Source of the DNA: Octopus sinensis
Lineage: Eukaryota
Reading direction: 5' to 3'
NCBI RefSeq assembly: GCF_006345805.1
Contig: NC_043006.1
Coordinates: forward strand, 57,102,001 to 57,166,000
DNA length: 64,000 bases
A program made the translations under genes and the position numbers. The notes under the pieces were generated by a model that was not told the origin of the DNA, made no database searches, and saw nothing but the letters and a program-made list of their open reading frames with translations. Each line of letters starts with the position of its first letter. Positions within the stretch are counted from its first letter, which is position 1. This document shows, in pieces, positions 24,826 to 36,990 of this stretch.

Positions 24826-25716
24826 GTGGTCTGGATAGATGACCATTTACGCGAACTACCGAGCGGATACCGCTGTATAAGGCAGCGATCCAACCGCGGA
24901 AGATGGGACCGAAACCAGTCGCTCTAAGGACAGCCTTCAAGTAGTGATGGTCTACCCTATCGAAAGTTTTTGATTGATCCAAACTGATCAGCGCCCTACC
25001 CATGCCAGGTTCCTTAACTACCCTGTCTATGATGTAACGCATCAGATGCAGGTCGTCATGGATACTCCTACCTGGCACGGCGCACGTTTGCGCCTTGTCC
25101 ACTAGTTTCTTGATGACAAGTGTCAACCTCTCGGCTAATATCTTGGACAAAATTTTCAAATCTGCATTGAGCAGAGTGATAGGCCTGAAGTTATCTATGA
25201 CGTTCCCCTTGTTCGAATCTTTCTTTAGCAGTGCTACCGCTCCTCGCTTTACAAAGACGGGGATGCTGCCAGTTGCAGTAGACAGCTGCCAAGACGTCTC
25301 CAAACAAGTCTGGCATATGGCAATAAAGTTCGTAGGACAGACCATCCAAGCCTGGTGACTTGTCTCCCGTGCAGCCTGCCATCGCATCCCGTACGTCCGC
25401 GGCTCTGATGGGTCTTTCACAACACTCCGCCTCTCTTGCTGAGAGTCGTGGCAGGCCATGCAGGTAGGTACTAAAGTCCACCCTACAAAGTGTTGTTGAA
25501 AGGCCTCACACATCTTTTCAGGCTCGAGTACTTCGTGTCCCCGTTCGTCTGTCAGGGACCTAATGGTGGCTCTGTTGCCTCGTTGCGCCTCCGCCACTCG
25601 GATAGCCCCAACTCCTTCGTTCCTCAGAGCACGCATCCTAGCTCTGATAACGCATCCTTCGTGTTTGGCATTGAAGTGTTGGTTGAGGGTTAACCTCGCC
25701 GCCAGTACGTTGGACG
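24826..25716 (-). mobile_element. Tx1/L1-clade LINE ORF2 fragment (linker and N-terminal RT), frameshifted
   Basis: Overlapping ORFs 24791-25636 and 25191-25481 give KSPGLDGLSYELY, NFRPITLLNADLKILSKILAERL and LISLDQSKTFDRVDH, typical of L1/Tx1 RT. Truncated at both ends. Confidence 0.92.
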
Positions 25717-25739
25717 AGACAGACAGACATATAGATAGA

Positions 25740-26561
25740 TAACTTTATTGGCCACAAATGGCTGAACACAGAGGAGACAAATACAAATGTAGAGCTTTTC
25801 TTTTCGAAAATGAAAAACAAAGAGGGGAAAAAGAGAGAAAAAAGTAAAATTCCGATAAAAAGGGCGATCAAAAGGGATTGGGTATCACAGAAGAAATTTT
25901 TTAAATGTAAGAAGCAAGATTAGGTTTATACGTGGAAAGAAAAGCCTACGGAAAAGACCACGGTAACCTCAGGCATAGAGGGAATAAACACATTTAAAGG
26001 ATCATGCTCAAAGTGGTTTCGTCAATCGCATGCACCATCTTTGCTACATTCACCCACCATTTTTTGAAGCTTTCATGAGACAAAACCTACCTTTCCATTC
26101 TCACCTTCCTTTTCAAGTGGTACTTGAAAAAGATGAGCGATTGGCCAGAGAGGTAAGTGTTTGTCTCTAATCCCTTCGCTCGAGTCCACCACACACATTC
26201 TCTCACCATGACTACCAGTACGATGAAGACTGCCTTGCCTTCCCGGTTGAAGGAAGGTGGAGGAGTAATTGTCACGACAGACTCTGCCAACAGTCGGACT
26301 CACCACACGTGACAGCAGTTGTTCGGCATAAGCCCACAGGTCCGAAATGGTTGGACACTGCACGAGTGCGTGCAGAACGGTTTCGTCGCTCTGACCGCAT
26401 CTCGGGCAAGTCAGTCCAGTGTGTCTCAAACTGTGCTTGTATAGTTTATCCCGAACAGGTAATGCTTCTCGATAGCACTGCCAGCCCAGGGATCTTTGGT
26501 GATTGTCCATAGGTCCTGGCCCGAAAGTTATCCTGAACAGGCGGGTCAGGTGTTCCTCGTC
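25740..26561 (-). mobile_element. Tx1/L1-clade LINE 3' end (zinc-knuckle region, 3' UTR, polyA signal, (ATCT)n tail)
   Basis: REALPVRDKLYKH...CPRCGQSDETVLHALVQC is the CCHC region C-terminal to RT. The 3' UTR ends tgtggccAATAAAgttatctatctat. Confidence 0.9.
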
Positions 26562-29500
26562 GACAGACAGATAGATAGATACAAAAGAACCAGGGTCAAC
26601 TTGTTCAACTAAAACCCTTCAAGCCTGTACTCTAGCTTGGCCGCAGTCTAATGACTGAATAATGTAAAATTTGAAAAGTGTGCACGGGTGTGTGTGTGTA
26701 ACTTTTATAATGTTGTTAGTGTGCCATAATACTTTTGGTACCTTACTCAGTGTGCCATGGATCAAAAATGGTTTTAAAATCGCTGACCTAAATTGTTAAG
26801 AAGAGAGCAAGGTCAGAATCACTAATAAACACTTTAATCTGCTTTATGATCATCTACAGCAATATATTAGCCCCGCCTCAACACCAAATCTCCAGATCAC
26901 GTTCCATTAAACGCAGTCAAAAATTACAAACCAACACAAAATGTTAGTCCCTGCAAATTGTCCATTTATAGTAATCTTGCACTGATCAACAAGAAAGTCT
27001 CGAGGCCATAAGTGGGCCTCACTCAAATAGTTAGAAACAGCAACTAAGTCTTTCTTCATATCAGCCTACTGCTTCCCGGAAAAGTATGAGCTTGCTGGAT
27101 AAAGCAGTCCTAGATATAAGGAATGAGAAAGGGACAGCAGCTGGAACATCTGATTCAGTAATCACGATTGAATTGAGGCTAAACACCAACGACTGAACTA
27201 ATAATAGCATATTGGTGGTGTGCACACTGTTTACTAGGGCAGTGTTTCATAATGACCTTTTCAATTCAGAAGATTATTTTATTTTTTTTAAATCGATATC
27301 GAAACAATCTTGCAAATTAATAGCCAGGAATGTAGAGCAAGTGGCTTCAAAGATATTCATGATGGTATATTAAAACTAATGATATGATTTCTAAAAATTG
27401 AGGACAGGTGGTCATCACGACCTGCTAGAAATGGCAGTTAAATCTCATTTCAATTATATGCTACGATCTGTAAAGAAAACAATATGATTAGAGATGGAAC
27501 AACTTTGAACATTGTATGTTCAACTAGGGCTCTTCTAGACTTAGCAGAAACTAAAGAATTAGTCATTTAGAAAATGATTGTTCTCATCACAAATTTTGAT
27601 TAAAATTTCTTAGCTGACAACATAAATTATGTTAGCAACTACTAAGCTAATACAGCTATTCTATAGTTTTTTTTAGCCGCTATATAAAGCAGAATTTCAT
27701 CTACTTAAAAGTAAATAAAAAGGTATTTATTAAGTAATGATGTAGACAATTAAACATGGAAGAAACTGCAAAAGATTTCACAAAATGAGAAAAACTGTGT
27801 AGTAACTCTCAAGTAGAGCAATGATCACACTATCTTTATTCAGACAATATACCAACAACTATATAATCTAAAGTGAGGTATGATTTGGCTGTTGTTTCTA
27901 GGCAGTGTTCCAACATAGTGACTTCAGTTGGGTAAATATATTTATCATTCTGTTCAGCATGAATATCAGACAGTGAGAGCCATAACAGAAATATCTGGCA
28001 CTGATAAAGGGTTTCAGATAGGTGAGAGATAGGTTGGATGGTTCTTTTATCATCCATCAAAGAGATGCATATCAGGTGACTTCAGCAGAATTTTAATAAA
28101 GAAACGTATCCAAATAACAAAGGGCATTTTATTCACTTTGAAGATTCTGTTAATCCATTTCCTCTTGTAGAAAGAAAAATGCCAAAAGAGAAGCTGCAAG
28201 AAAGAGCTATGCATTGTCTTAAGAGTGGAGCTATATTAAGCAAGTAAAGAAAGGCTTCTTTAAATATCAAAACACTTCAAGGTATGTGAAGTGTGATGCA
28301 AGTTAGAAAGAAAAAAAAACTAAGAAAACAAGAAAAAGAAGTCAAAGTTTATAAGCAATGGTTGACGAACAGAGCTCCCTCTCTCACAAGGTGGAAAGGT
28401 CAGAGGTGGGAGCTGAGAGATTACCAAGATAAAGAATGACAATTGGATAAAGAGAGTATAGTACAAATATTTGACCCAATAAAAGCCAGCTGTATTATAT
28501 AGTTTCATAAAGTCAGACAGGGAGGGAATTAACACACATTATTGATAACAATGTAATACTACAGTTGGACCCAAGAAAAGGTATCTGGTGATGACATGAC
28601 GGTACTGATGATGATTAATTTCAAATATAGGTTTCACTGCTGTAGATTTTGGAAGATACTCTTTTATTGTTTAACTTATTTCAAACATTTGACTACGGAC
28701 ATGCGAGAGTACCACCTTGAAGGGATTTTTTTAAAGTTGAAATAAATCAATGCCAGGATATATTTTTTAAGCATACCACTTATTTTATCAGTTTTTTTGT
28801 CAAACCACTAAGTTATGGAGACATAAACACACCAACATCAGTTGTCAACCACTGATGGAGAAGTGAACAGACAGACACAAACACACATATATATACATAT
28901 ACATACACAGGTTTCTTTCAGTTTCTGCCTACCAAATCCACCCACAAGACTTTGATCAGCATGAGGCTAGAGTAAAAGCCACTTGCCCAAGGTGCCATGC
29001 AGTGGGACTGAACTCGGAACCATGTAGATAGGAAGCATATTTCTTACTACACAGCCATGCCTGCATCATTACTAAATCAACACAACCAGTTTTACCAATA
29101 TACTGCTCTAATAATAATTCTATTACAGGCACAAGGCCTAAAATTTGTGGAGAGGAGCAACTCGATAGCATTGACCCCAGTGCTCAACTGGTACTTATTT
29201 TTATCAAGCCTGAAAGAATGAAAGGCAAAGTTGACCTCAGTGGAGTTTGAACTCAGAACAGAAAAAACAGACAAAAAGTTGTTAAGCATATTGTTGGCAG
29301 ATAATGATTCTGCCAGCTTGCCACCTTAACCTTGAGAATAAAAAATGACTTTCTAATTTTAGCACAAAGCCAGCAATTTGAGGGAGGGGCAAGTCAATTA
29401 CGGCAAGCCCAGTATTTGAATGCTACTTATTTTACCAATCTTGAAAGACTGAAAGGCAATGCTGACTTCAGCAGGATCAGGACTGAGAAAGTAAAGAGCC

Positions 29501-29569
29501 AGAACAAATACTACAAAGCATTTTTACCAATGTTCTAATGATTCTGCTCACTCACCAGCTCTAATGATT

Positions 29570-29990
29570 CATTTGTTTATTGGCCACAAGGGCTAACAAA
29601 AATCAAATAAAACATGTAAGGACAAAATACAGAATGAAAGTTACAAAAACGGTTTTGTCCGTTTGAAAAGTCCGTGTAAAAATGCAAGATAACAACGAAA
29701 ATATAACAAGTAAAAAACTCCCAGTAGGGGGAAAGAAGAAACTATGTATTGTCATTAATATGGCTTACCTATTTGGTAACAGAGTAAGGAAAATGAAATA
29801 TCTACTGATTTGAAGCATGAAATTCTTAAATGCTGGCCAGTTGTCATTGGGGGCTTCAGAAATAATGATAAAGAATTTGAGAGCAAACTTTGGCAGACTT
29901 GATTTGGATTTTTTATCTGGGAGTGGGTGCAACACAGAAAACTTGCTTACTAAACTCAGCCAGAATTATCCAGAAAATCCTCAATACAAA
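29570..29990 (-). mobile_element. Older Tx1-like 3' end remnant
   Basis: The minus strand ends ...ttagcccttgtggccaataaac, the same terminal motif as the element ending at 25740. Confidence 0.55.
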
Positions 29991-31329
29991 GTAAAATTGG
30001 ATGTGAAAAGCAAATAAAAATAAATGAATAAATATAAGCATAGAGAAAATGCAAAATGATCCTCATTTTTGGGCAACAGGAACCATAATTAAATCACACA
30101 CAACAACAATACCATGAAGTAAAATAATAATAATAATCCTTTCTACTAAACGTACAAGGCCTGAAATTAGGGATTGCATCAAATGGTACTTAATTTATCG
30201 ACTCCAAAGGGATGAAGGCAAAGCTGACCTCAGCAGTATTTCATCCGTCTTCACAATAACTAGCCAGACACGTGAAAAATTCATGGAAAACAAAAAAATG
30301 TAAGGATCTATAAATTGTGTCCTGGTGCCATGAGAAATATTTCTATATTGTGGCATAGAATATAGAAAGAAGTGTAAAGCCGATAACCATATAATCCAAC
30401 CAAAATATCTCAGTTACACAAATGTAAACAGAATTACTATTTAGCCTTAAAATACATCATACCTATTCAAAGAACCTTCTTGGTTGAGTGGTACAGAATG
30501 TTATTCTGGTATTCTTTTATGTGCTTCAGTCATTTGACGGTGGCCATGCTGGAGCACTGCCCTTTAGTCAAAGATATTGACCCCTGGGTTTATTCCCCGT
30601 AAGCCTGGTGCTTATTCTATCAGTCTCTTCTGCTGAACAGCTAAGTTACGGGGGTGCAAACACACCAACATCGGTTGTCAAGAGATGGTGGTGGGGGACA
30701 AACAGACACAAACACATAAAAAATATATGACAGTCTTCTTTCGGTTTCCATCTACCAAATTCACTCACGAGGCATTGGTTGGCCCAAGGCTATAGTAGAA
30801 GACATTCTTTAAAGTATAGAGTTGAATATCATAGAGCCACCTGTCGGCAACTTTTCTCTCCACCCATTTTGTAGTGGTATTACCCAATTTTCTGGACTCT
30901 TTTCACAGCTGTACCCTATTAGAAATTTGCATTAGTTTTTGTATGAAACAAAAGAAAAATAAAAAAAGGAAGGGAGGGAGGGGAGCTTGTTTGTGGGGAA
31001 AACGTTAAACATGCCTGAAAAAAAAAAAAAAAAAACATGGTCTTTCCACCCCAACTAAGACATGAAAAACTATCAAAGAAGGCGAATAAGTACTGGGGGG
31101 GGGGGGAGAAGAGAGAACTAACACTCGGTCGTTCTAGAACTCCCAGAATAAAAATGTTAAAAACCTGAAAGATTTTCCTTCATTCATTACTAAATTTCTT
31201 TCCTTCACCATTGTTAAAAGTAAAGCAGCTAGAAAAGTTCAATCATATTTCCATCTAATTATTGTAAATGACTGAGGCTTTCTTTTCTCTGTCTCTATCA
31301 CTTCACTCCTTTTCTCTAAAGTTAAGAGA

Positions 31330-31645
31330 GTGAAGTTGCATGGCTCCAGTGGTTCGGAGTATTTGGCCCACAATCGTAAAGTCATTAGTACAATTCCCTA
31401 CAGCATGCTGTGATCTTGAACAAGGTACTCCACCTTGCTGCAGTCCACTCAGCTGGCAAAAATGAGTTGTAGCTGTAATTCAAAGGGGCCAGCCTTGTCA
31501 CATTCTGTGTGAGGCTGAATCTCCCTGAGAACTACCCTATAGTATGCATGTCTGTGAAGTACTCAGCCACTTGTGCGTTAATTTTACCAGCAGACTGTTC
31601 CATTGATCAGATAAGCAGGAATTTAATCGTCATAACTGACAGCGC
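31330..31645 (+). mobile_element. tRNA-derived SINE with Nin/Deu-like central domain
   Basis: tRNA-like head gcatggctccagtggttcggag, then agccttgtcacattctgtgtgaggctgaatctccctgagaactac...ctcagccacttgtgcgttaatt. A partial second copy lies at about 31965-32070. Confidence 0.7.
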
Positions 31646-32564
31646 CATTTTTTAAAAAGAGTGAAAAGAAAGGAAATGTTTCATATAGTAAGACAAAAAT
31701 GTCATGTGCTTAGCGTAATCACTGAAAGCTAAGATGAAATAATTGCTATTCTGTAGTGTATTCAGCCTCAACTTATGCTCAGTTTGACAACAGCCTGTGC
31801 ATTGGTGTTTATCTAGGGGGCTTGGCCTCCAGAACTGTGAGACCCACAAATGCTGCTGTTAATACCAGAATAACATACATAGTGACCCTAACAACTAAAA
31901 GATTTTCCTACCCCTGTATAGGATCTTTTTCCGTTTTCTTCCAACCATTTGAAGGTTTCTCTTGCTCCAGTCCACTCAGCTGGCCAAAATGAGCTGTGGC
32001 TGAATCTCCCTGAGGACTACATTAATGGTATGCATGTCTGTGAAGTACTCAGCCACTTGCAAGTTAATTTTATCCTTGTGTGCTAATGAAAACTGAAAGT
32101 GACATCCAATATTTGCTGTAGTTATTTGTCTCTAATTTAACAATGTATCAACTTTTCTTTTGATCTATGCATCTACTGTCTCTCTCACTTTCTATGTCTG
32201 TCCTTTCTCCCTCTTTTAATTTAAGACTGTGTGTATGTAACTATGCATCAACTTTTGTTTCGATCTATGTATCTACTTTTCTTGCGATGTGATAAATATT
32301 TAAAAAGGCAAAACGAACGCTGTCACCACTCACTAACTCTTTCACTCTACCGTTGTCTTTCGCTTTGCCACTCACTTCTTCCTTTGAAGTAAGTGTGACA
32401 CACCACAGATACGTACGTACAAAAAGAACAAGTTGGCGTTTTAATATTATTGATAATGGTTTCAAATTTTGGCACAATTTGACTCAAAACATAAAGACAG
32501 GCAAAATATCACTAAGCAATTTGGGCTAGCATTTCTGCCAGCTCATTGTCTTAATAATAATAAT

Positions 32565-32960
32565 TATTATTATAATAACAATACTAATAATAATCCTTTC
32601 TACTATAGGCACAAGGCCTGAAATTTTGGGGGAGGGGACTATCCAATAAAATCAACCCCAGTGTTTCACTGGAACTTAATTTATCAATCCCCAAAGGATG
32701 AAAGGTAAAGTCAACCCTGGCAGAATTTGAACTCAGAACGTAAAGACGGTGAAATGCCACGTTAACGATTCTGCCAGCTTGTCACCATAATAATAATAAT
32801 CTTTTCTACTCAAGGTACAAGGCCTAAAATTTGAGGAAATGTAAAGATGGACAAAATGCAGCTAAGCATCTTGCCTGGCATGCTAACGATTCTGCCAGCT
32901 CACCACCTTAATAATAACAATCATTTCTAACATTGGTACAAGGCTATACATTTGGGAAAA
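32565..32960 (-). mobile_element. Tandem cluster of CORE-like SINE pieces with (AAT)n tails
   Basis: Repeated aataatcctttctact...cacaaggcc tails and ctcagaac...aacgattctgccagct heads. Similar clusters at 29110-29560 and 43470-43995. Confidence 0.75.
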
Positions 32961-33958
32961 GTACAGTCCATTAGATCAAGCCTAGCTCTTCAGTGATATT
33001 ATTTATTGATGTCAGTTGAATAAAAAAAAAATAACGAAGAGGTGGTTGGTCACAAATTTAGATATAGAATTGAAGATAACAAGAATAAACTTCAGTATAG
33101 TGCAATGGAACTAAGCACTGGAACATAAACTGGTGCTCTACTATTTCTGCCACAGCTAGAGAACATACTTGGTTAGTTACAGAGAACCATCTAGATGTGG
33201 ATGTTGGTTCATAAGAACATGTTATTTACAATCTATCATTCATATTTTGGGGGCTTTGTATTATCTATATAGGTATAAAAACAAAAAATCTTGTTTTGTT
33301 GCTTTTAGAACTTTACTGCAAATATTCAATGCTAACATACACTTTTCTGAAATCTTGATTAAAATATTGTTCCCAAATTAAGATTATTTGTTCTAGATGA
33401 CAATGTGTTCAATATCAAAGAATTTGTATTTTTTTTTTATTCAAAAGATCATCAAATATACCACCTGTTCTACAAAACACACATTGTTTTAACATTTACT
33501 TTTCCATGCTTACATGACTCAATCAAAATTCACTAAGGGAAATTTTCTATGGCCAGATGCCCTTCCTGTCACCAATCCTCACCTGTTTTCATACAAGGTA
33601 ATATTTACCCTTGACCCCTGAACTTGAAGCATATATTTTCAGAATTATATTTGTCTAGCAAGTGACTTAATCTAAGACCAGGTATTGAAATTGAATCAAC
33701 CACATGGAAGAGCCATTAAAACCATTTAACATACAAAGCTGTTTAAATTCTCTTTGAATTTTTCTTGAGGAATAAAAATCTTCATTTCACAAATTCCACT
33801 ACAACAGTCAAACTGTGTGAACAACTTGGTCAAGATGAAAAGTTCATCTCATGAAATAAACTTCAAATTAACTTAACACTGTTGAATGTAAATAAATTGC
33901 CAGAATGGTTTTTCAATAATGCCTCTATTCTTTTTTTTTTTCTCTCTCTCTCTCTCTC

Positions 33959-34036
<78 letters not shown>

Positions 34037-34482
34037 ATATATATACAGCTTATTAAAGACAAATTTAGTATTTTAGGTTTCTTAATTTAGCATCTTTTAT
34101 AAGTCATCAAGAAATGGATTTTTATAATTGGCTTATCTTACAATTCTGAAACACTCAGCTATGAAATGAGAGCTTCTACTATTGTTAGGTTGACTAACAA
34201 ATCTGAGAATATGGATGACTGAATTAATAGGACACCTGACATGTAACTCAGTTTGAATCCTGTCACTGGTATTTTGCTGTGTCCATGGACAAGATAGCTA
34301 ATTCTAAAAGAGTTCTGAGTGACTTGCAATAAGAATACAAAACATGGACAAGTCACTGGGAAAGAACAGAACATTATTTAACACTGTCACAATATGGAAA
34401 CATTGAGTGTGATGTGTCAACTAGTGATGTGTCAACAAACCAAGGTTGGAGAACTATTCTTTTAAGTACCAGGAGTCAATTG

Positions 34483-35256
34483 GGATCTTTTCCTTTGGAA
34501 CGGCACATGTCAACACAATTTCTAGTTAACTAAACACTTTTAAACTTCATATACTGGTAGAATATGTTTATAAAACATCATTTTTTCTTGGCTTTATTGA
34601 GAAAATTCTATAGTTTGTAAGATATTTCCACTTTAATTTTGAGCATTTCGGCAATTTTAACCAACCGTTGACCTCCATTTGGGGTGAAAACATTCCGTGC
34701 TGTATGAATATGTCCCTCGTTTAAGAAACAGATTGGGTTTATTTACATTTGTGAAGAAAAAAAGATACCCTTCCCCCACCCCTCTAACTAATCCTAAAAC
34801 AGATTGAAATGCAATAGATCGATACTAGGGTTATAATTATGGGTGACATTTTCATTTGAAAAAAATCCCATTTTCCGTAGTGGTGTCGTATGAAATTGTC
34901 ACCCATAATTATAACCCTAGTATCAATCTATTGCATTTCAATCTGTTTTACGGTTAGGGTTAGTTAGGGTTAGGGATAGGGTATCTTTTTTTTCTTTGCA
35001 AATGTAAATAAACCCAATCTGTTTCTTAAACGAGGGTCATACAGAATGTTTTCACTCCAAATGGAGGTCAGCGATTGATTAAAATTGCCGAAATGCTCGA
35101 AATTAAAGACGAAATATGTTACAAACTATAAAATTTTCTCAATAAAGCCAAGAAAAAATGATGTTTTATAAACACATTCTACCAGTATATGAAGTTTAAA
35201 AGTGTTTAGTTAACTAAAAATTGTGTTGACATGTGCCGTTCAAAAGGAAAAGATCC
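34483..35256. mobile_element. Foldback MITE (774 bp) with an 8-bp target-site duplication; Merlin-like by its GG terminus and TSD length
   Basis: Starts ggatcttttcctttggaacggcacatgtcaacac and ends gtgttgacatgtgccgttcaaaaggaaaagatcc. The arms are complementary over most of the length. TSD gtcaattg at 34475-34482 and 35257-35264. The superfamily assignment is inference. Confidence 0.92.
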
Positions 35257-35454
35257 GTCAATTGCAAATATCTAATCTATGGTAGTACATTTGTGCTGAG
35301 AAAAATAATGAATTTTCTAATTTATAAATATGTAACATTAAATTACTGTTTTGGTATATTGTTTTGACATATTTTCAAATAGGTTTTTTGAGAACGTCTG
35401 TAAGGACAGTTGTGAATGTGAGAGAAATTTTACCCACACTCAAAGGCTTTACCC

Positions 35455-35670
35455 CATCTAACTAAACACCTGAGGTATGCCATTTGTCCTGACATACAAA
35501 GGGATCCTCTACACAATGGTAACTAACCATGAATTATACCATGTGCCCTAAAATGCAAGATGTATACCCTTTCTGAGCTAACTGACCATGCAAAGCATAC
35601 CATATGTCCTACATGCAAGAGGCTTGCTCCACCCTGATCTAACTAACCACATGAGATATACCATGTGTTC
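35455..35670. repeat. Degenerate minisatellite of about 60 bp, about 4 copies
   Basis: The motif taactaacca...ataccatgtg recurs at about 35459, 35520, 35579 and 35639. Confidence 0.65.
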
Positions 35671-36479
35671 TAACAAGTGAAACAAATGTAAAATAAAAAT
35701 GTAAATATATATAATACCGGACATCATACCTGCAATTAATCCCAAACTAATTATCCTATTGCAACAAAATAGCAGCAATAAGCCTATTAATTACTAATGC
35801 TTTGCTGACATACAAAAGGCTCACACCACTTGAAAAAAACTAGACACATTATAGCTATGCATGTTAACAGAATGTTTATAAAGATTAGCTTAATTGCTTT
35901 GGAGTTTCATTGTGGTCACCGCCACTATCAAATAATCTAGACTGGGTTGAAATATTGAAGGTTGACATGACATTGTGTTGTTTAACCTCAAGTCAGCTCT
36001 GACTTCAAAGATATACAATCAGGCTTTGAAACCATGAATACTCCAGGCTTCATTCTTGTCAGTATTATCTAGGATTACATCATCCAAAGTGTTAGGCCCA
36101 TTTTTAAAGAATGGAGGGATGTGATCCATTGCAGACTTCCCTATTTCTTGCAGGTCACCAACTATTTGGTTGTCACATAAATTCATTTCTTACTTTAAAT
36201 GTTATTTGGACAAGAAAGACTTTTTACTGTAGTGATTTATGGGGAGTTATTTGTAGCTCTATTTTTTTCTCTACAACTTTTGTTTACTGTTTTTGAAATT
36301 TGGATAAATTCTATTTCTTGAATATGACAATGACAATGGAGTACCAAGCAGAGAAAAATAAATGAGTATTTTTGACATCTACTTCTATTTGCTTTCAATC
36401 AAGGGTCCAATGCTGCCACTGAGTACAGAGAAGCCACTATTTCTGAAAGAACTGCACAGAAATGGTTTCTATGCAGAGA

Positions 36480-36990
36480 AGGAAGGGAAATACGACCACA
36501 CAAACTCTCTGCATTCTGGCTGGCCTGTCCAGTTCAATGAGCACCAATTAAAAACTCATCTACATGGATCTAAACCAATCTACTAGAGAATTGGCTCAGC
36601 AGATGGGATGCTATCATGGGAGCATCATTTGTCACTTTCTCTGAATAAGGTAACATCCAAATAACCAACCAGTGAAACAGCATGCTTCATCAACACAACA
36701 AGGCTAACCCCTGCATTGCTAATTTGGCTAAAAATACTATTCAAAAGCTCAGTTGGGAAGTTCTCCAGCAACAGCTATATTCTGCTGCTGTAGTACCTTC
36801 AGGTTATCACTCTTCTCAGTGACTGTACTGTCGGAAAGGTATTTAATTCAAAACAATGTGGAGCTAAAAATGTGGCTCAATGAATTCAAGTCAAGGCCCA
36901 GTAATTTCTAGTGTCATGGCTAGTGAAACATTGGCAAGAGGTCATGAACAACAAAAGGAGAATATATTAACTGATATGTTAAGTGTTCAT
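36480..36990 (+). pseudogene. Decayed mariner transposase fragment
   Basis: About 36690-36810 reads roughly (N)TRLTP...AKNTIQKLSWEVLQQQLYSAAVVPSGYH, a decayed form of HDNARPH...LGWEVLPHPPYSPDLAPSDYH. Confidence 0.65.

Noticed and set aside
34952-34981. TTAGGG-like repeats as an interstitial telomere or fusion scar
   Set aside because: Only a few imperfect units, lying inside a MITE arm.
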